This document shows, piece by piece, positions 59,801-64,000 of a stretch of 64,000 nt of DNA (positions are counted from its first letter, which is position 1; every line of letters starts with the position of its first letter). The DNA comes from Macrostomum hystrix (Eukaryota; Animalia; Platyhelminthes), in contig CATNEN010000038.1 of NCBI GenBank assembly GCA_950097015.1, forward strand, positions 23,808,001 to 23,872,000, given 5' to 3'. Both the position numbers and the translations under genes were made by a program. Under the pieces are notes generated by a model, which searched no databases, was not told the origin of the DNA, and saw only the letters and a program-made list of their open reading frames with translations.

Positions 59801-61160
59801 TCAACATCAACAGCACCTTCTTCAACGGTTTCACCATCGAGTGCAACATCAGCTGAATTAACATCAACAGCAACACCTACATCAACGGTTTCACCATCGA
59901 GTGCAACATCAGCTGAATTAACATTAATAGCAACACCTACATCAACGGTTTCACCATCCAGTGCAACATCAGCTCAATTAACATCAACAGCAACACCTTC
60001 ATCAACGGTTTCACCATCGAGTGCAACATCAGCTGCATCAACATCAACAGCAACACCTTCATCAACGGTTTCACCATCGAGTGCAACATCAGCTACATCA
60101 ACATTAACAGCAACACCTTCATCAACGGTTTTACCATCGAGTGCAACATCAGCTGCATCAACATCAACAGCAACACCTTCATCAACGGTTTTACCATCGA
60201 GTGCAACATCAGCTGCATTAACATCAACAGCAACACCTTCATCAACGGTTTTACCATCGAGTGCAACATCAGCTGCATCAACATCAACAGCAACACCTAC
60301 ATCAACGGTTTTACCATCGAGTGCAACATCAGCTGAATTAACATCAACAGCAACACCTTCATCAACGGTTTCACCATCGAGTGCAACATCAGCTGCATCA
60401 ACATCAACAGCAACACATTCATCAACGGTTTCACCATCGAGTGCAACATCAGCTGCATCAACATCAACAGCAACACCTACATCAACGGTTTCACCATCGA
60501 GTGCAACATCAGCTGCATCAACATCAACAGCACCTTCTTCAACGGTTTCACCATCGAGTGCAACATCAGCTGAATTAACATCAACAGCAACACCTTCATC
60601 AACGGTTTCACCATCGAGTGCAACATCAGCTGCATCAACATCAACAGCACCTTCTTCAACGGTTTCACCATCGAGTGCAACATCAGCTGAATTAACATCA
60701 ACAGCAACACCTACATCAACGGTTTCACCATCGAGTGCAACATCAGCTGAATTAACATTAATAGCAACACCTACATCAACGGTTTCACCATCGAGTGCAA
60801 CATCAGCTGCATCAACATCAACAGCAACACCTACATCAACGGTTTCACCATCGAGTGCAACATCAGCTGAATTAACATCAACAGCAACACCTACATCAAC
60901 GGTTTTACCATCGAGTGCAACATCAGCTGAATTAACATCAACATCAACAGCAGCAGCAACACCTACATCAACAGCAGCAGCAGCAGCTACATCAACATCA
61001 ACAGCAGCAGCTACATCAACATCAACAGCAGCAGCTACATCAACATCAACAGCAGCAGCTACATCAACATCAACAGCAGCAGTTACATCAACATCAACAG
61101 CAGCAGCTACATCAACTATTTCCACTCCCTTGAGAACTGTAAATGGCCTGGCATCAGCAG
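56826..61160 (+). CDS. Membrane mucin, large Ser/Thr/Pro/Ala repeat exon (~67 x 20 aa; 60-bp unit)
   Basis: Frame open from 56807 to 61192 and indels are multiples of 3; candidate phase-1 acceptor AACAG|CT at 56825/56826 (uncertain); donor CAG|GTACC after 61160 (phase 1). Confidence 0.72.
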
Positions 61161-61376
61161 GTACCGCGACATCATCTTCAAAATTTCGTTGAACGGTTTA
61201 AAGTTAGTTATTAATCGAATTAGTTGGTGTTTTGTTTCCTTGTGAATGAATTTTAGCGTGTTTTGCATGATCTTGGTGCATTTTCAACTTTGATTTACTT
61301 AAGCAATATTCTCAGATTTTTTCATAAGACTAGTGAAAACTACAACCACATTGTCTTAAATCACTCATGCTTCTAG

Positions 61377-61625
61377 GTACCATTTCGGCGACTAGTACAG
61401 TTTCAATCCAGACTGCGTCACTTGTCACGGGCACTACAAGTTCTACTTCAATTGCGACTTCAACAGCATTGACAGCAGCGGTTGCTACCACAATGTCCTC
61501 AGCTTCAACAGCGTCAACTGGTTCAACCCAGACAACGGCAGTGGCATCAACTACAGCGAATCCAAGCGCCTGCAATTCAGCATTGAATCTAAGTCCTAAT
61601 CTGTCATCATACTGGCTTATAACTG
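61377..61625 (+). CDS. Membrane mucin, Ser/Thr-rich exon ending ...SSYWLIT
   Basis: Acceptor TTCTAG|GT, donor G|GTAAAT; phases match neighbouring exons. Confidence 0.75.
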
Positions 61626-61660
61626 GTAAATATTAATGAAATACAATCCCATTATTCAGA

Positions 61661-62010
61661 GGGGGTAGTGGCAGAGCAGTCTAACGCGTTTGCCTCTCGC
61701 ACCTAAGTCCCGCTCGATCCCGCGGCGAGGCCACATTCATTTGGGACGCAGTGGCGGAGAGAAGGCTTGGGGGCTTGTCGGTCAATTTACGCTCTTGAGG
61801 GCCGACCTTCAATGCACAGTGAGAGTGTACACTGCCTAACGATGAGAAAGTCAGGGCATATGTACACACCTACGTGAGCGTGTGTCTGCGTACGGTATCT
61901 GTGTGCGTGTGTACTCAGCAGTCAGCGGAATGGGCAGAATTGCCTCCTCGCCGGCTGCGGGTCTAGTGCCACCAAATGATGTGCGATTGCCCGCAGGCCT
62001 CCTGCAAATT
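61661..62010 (+). mobile_element. tRNA-derived SINE-A, full length, intronic
   Basis: High similarity to the other SINE-A copies. Confidence 0.86.
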
Positions 62011-62082
62011 TTGTTATTTATTTATCCAGACACTGAATCGAGCCTTTAAAGCATTCACTTTGCCACATTGCAACACTTTTAG

Positions 62083-62243
62083 TAATCTCAGCGGTGCCTT
62101 CTAGTGTGTCAGTGGATGCTTGTTCTTGGCGCAACGATATGGAAGCCCGTCTGCTCCGTCTAATTCTGGCGGTCATCAACCAGGCCCTGCTAGGCAGAAG
62201 GCGACGTAAGAGGGCCGTCAGTAGTGGCACTGTTCAGGTTCAG
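62083..62243 (+). CDS. Membrane mucin exon: KIAA1549/UPF0606-like module part 1 with furin site RRRRKR
   Basis: Acceptor CTTTTAG|TA (phase 1) gives VISAVPSSVSVDACSWRNDMEARLLRLILAVINQALLGRRRRKRAVSSGTVQVQ; donor CAG|GTAAGG; absent from the ORF track. Confidence 0.75.
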
Positions 62244-62361
62244 GTAAGGCGGAGGAGTTCCTCTGTTTAGTTGATTTGATTAGACACTGATACAAAAAAC
62301 AATTGCAAGAAATGCAATCATAAATGGACCTTCTGCTACTACCTCTAAACCTCTAAACCAG

Positions 62362-62533
62362 CTGGTGTCAGCTGAGCGCGTTGTCGGCAGCACTTCCAGC
62401 CAGGTCAGACTAGTCTATTACGCAATGCAAGGCGACGCATTTCTTAGCGTTCAACAGGTGACGGATAATCTGCTGGCGATACGGGACAAGGCGCCAATTT
62501 TGTTAGGCTATCCAGTGGACATGGTTGCCATGT
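62362..62533 (+). CDS. Membrane mucin exon: module part 2 (VRLVYY...LLGYPV)
   Basis: Acceptor CCAG|CTG (phase 0), donor T|GTGAGC (phase 1). Confidence 0.72.
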
Positions 62534-62601
62534 GTGAGCCAATCGTAGAGTTTGCTAATTCAGCTTATTTCCCAAACACGAACACGTAAAAAAAATTCCT
62601 T

Positions 62602-62965
62602 ACGCAGGTGCACACTCGCACAGGTGTGTACATCTGCCCTGATTTTCTCATTGGCAGTCAGTGTACAATCCCAATGAGCCAAACAATAGTACTAATAATT
62701 GCAGGAGGGCTGCGGGCAATGGCACATCATTTGGTGACACTAGACCCGCAGCCAGCGAGGAGGCAATTCTGCCCATTTTGCTGACCCCTGAGCACACACG
62801 CACTCAGATACCGTGCGCAGGCATTTGCTCGCACATGTGTGTACATCTGCCTTGACTTTCTCATCGTCAGGCAGTGTACACTTCACAAGTTAATATGCAA
62901 ATTACTGTTTTGATATTTATGGAGGAAACCAACTTAGGGACCTTGGCGCGAGAGGCAAACGCGTT
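62602..62965 (-). mobile_element. SINE-A, inverted, rearranged or fragmented, intronic
   Basis: Fragment at 62602-62667, tail and body at 62695-62885, head remnant at ~62935-62965. Confidence 0.8.
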
Positions 62966-63087
62966 TAAGGCGTCTGTCACCGACCGTGGTCCCACTGAGC
63001 CTTGTATGGGTTCAAATTTAATTACAATCCCCAAGCCTTTTTACCGAGAAACTGCGCCTCAGGGATTAAACCACCCCTCCCCTGCAG

Positions 63088-63365
63088 CCTACGATGCTTC
63101 AGTCAACAACTCGAGCGCCAAGCTCTGGATTATCGGCTTAGTGGTCGGCGTTCTCAGCGGCATCATCATCATTGTCTGGGCTGTGCTTCTTATTAATAGA
63201 CGATGTTTGAGACCGAAGAACAGGGCCAATCGGACTGTGGATGTTGTTGCTGAAGAGTTCTACACGGACTCGATGCGACCACGACCAGTGGCTCAGACTC
63301 GAGCGGTGGGTGGCCAATTAGAAATTTTTCATTTCTTGAGATATTGCGGCCTATTTGAAGTATAA
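63088..63365 (+). CDS. Membrane mucin exon: transmembrane helix and cytoplasmic tail
   Basis: Acceptor CTGCAG|CC (phase 1) gives YDASVNNSSAKLWIIGLVVGVLSGIIIIVWAVLLINRR; may instead splice out at GCG|GTGGGT (63305). Confidence 0.72.
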
Positions 63366-64000
63366 AATCGAACACGATCCATCTTCCTATACTGTTTTTT
63401 AAGCATTCTAACCTTCTGGCACAGATCGAAAAGAAACGATTTGTATCGGTTTAGAAAATTTTGATGGCTGTTCCACTAGTTTCACATCTAGCTCGAATGC
63501 ATTATTAGGTGTCACTTCTATGCTGTCCTACGATCGATATTCAATTCTACATTTTTTACGCTACACAAGTGTAAACACCAATTTAAGAGTGCCCGGCTAG
63601 CATATGTACATTTGCGGCGCGGCTTAAAATGTACATGCAAACTCTTTATGGGGCAGACTACCCGTCGATCGATAATTGCAGTTTCTAACGTACTTTAAAA
63701 ACTGTTTCACATAACTGATCGTGTGGCCAAGTTTAGGAAAATGAAGCTAGAGACAATTTTTTTTGCTGCAGAGGACAAACCTAGAAATAGTTTTCATAGA
63801 AACCTATATCTTCAAAAACTACATAAGTATTTCCATCAGACTCTTACCGAACCGCAGTTTTAAAATATCAGAATTTGTCCACTCTGAACCTTGCTCCAAT
63901 CTAAACCTTGATTTAGTACTAAGAGTGCCCGAGGCGAGCGGTGGCTAGCGAATGTACATTCAAATGTACGAGCGTACAGCCCCACCAGCTTTCTTATCTT

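Noticed and set aside
59974-61125. Antisense Asp/Val/Ala-rich ORF and QHQ/MLLM frames
   Set aside because: Shadow frames of the mucin repeat

Overview
Eukaryotic (metazoan) genomic DNA. GT-AG introns, a DEG/ENaC channel, a peptide GPCR, CAG tracts and dense minisatellites suggest a flatworm such as Macrostomum; this is an inference. Three host genes can be reconstructed. (1) A two-exon DEG/ENaC channel subunit (11029-12167 + 14640-15354). (2) A class A neuropeptide GPCR on the minus strand (35914-37245). (3) A multi-exon membrane mucin (56269 to ~63365) with a signal peptide, ~67 x 20-aa Ser/Thr repeats, a KIAA1549/UPF0606-like juxtamembrane module with a furin site, and a TM helix. One intact BEL/Pao LTR retrotransposon (20991-28038, 5-bp TSD ATCTT) has LTRs identical over U3 but different at the R/U5 end, and no recognisable tRNA primer-binding site; this is the most unusual signal in the window. 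Two tRNA-derived SINE families are present: SINE-A (~9 copies or fragments) and a CORE-SINE (SINE-B). About 28 non-coding tandem arrays with units of 4-56 bp cover roughly a third of the window, and several unrelated-length arrays share exact 12-bp words. Most long ORFs in the track are artefacts of these repeats. Array boundaries were read by eye and are approximate.
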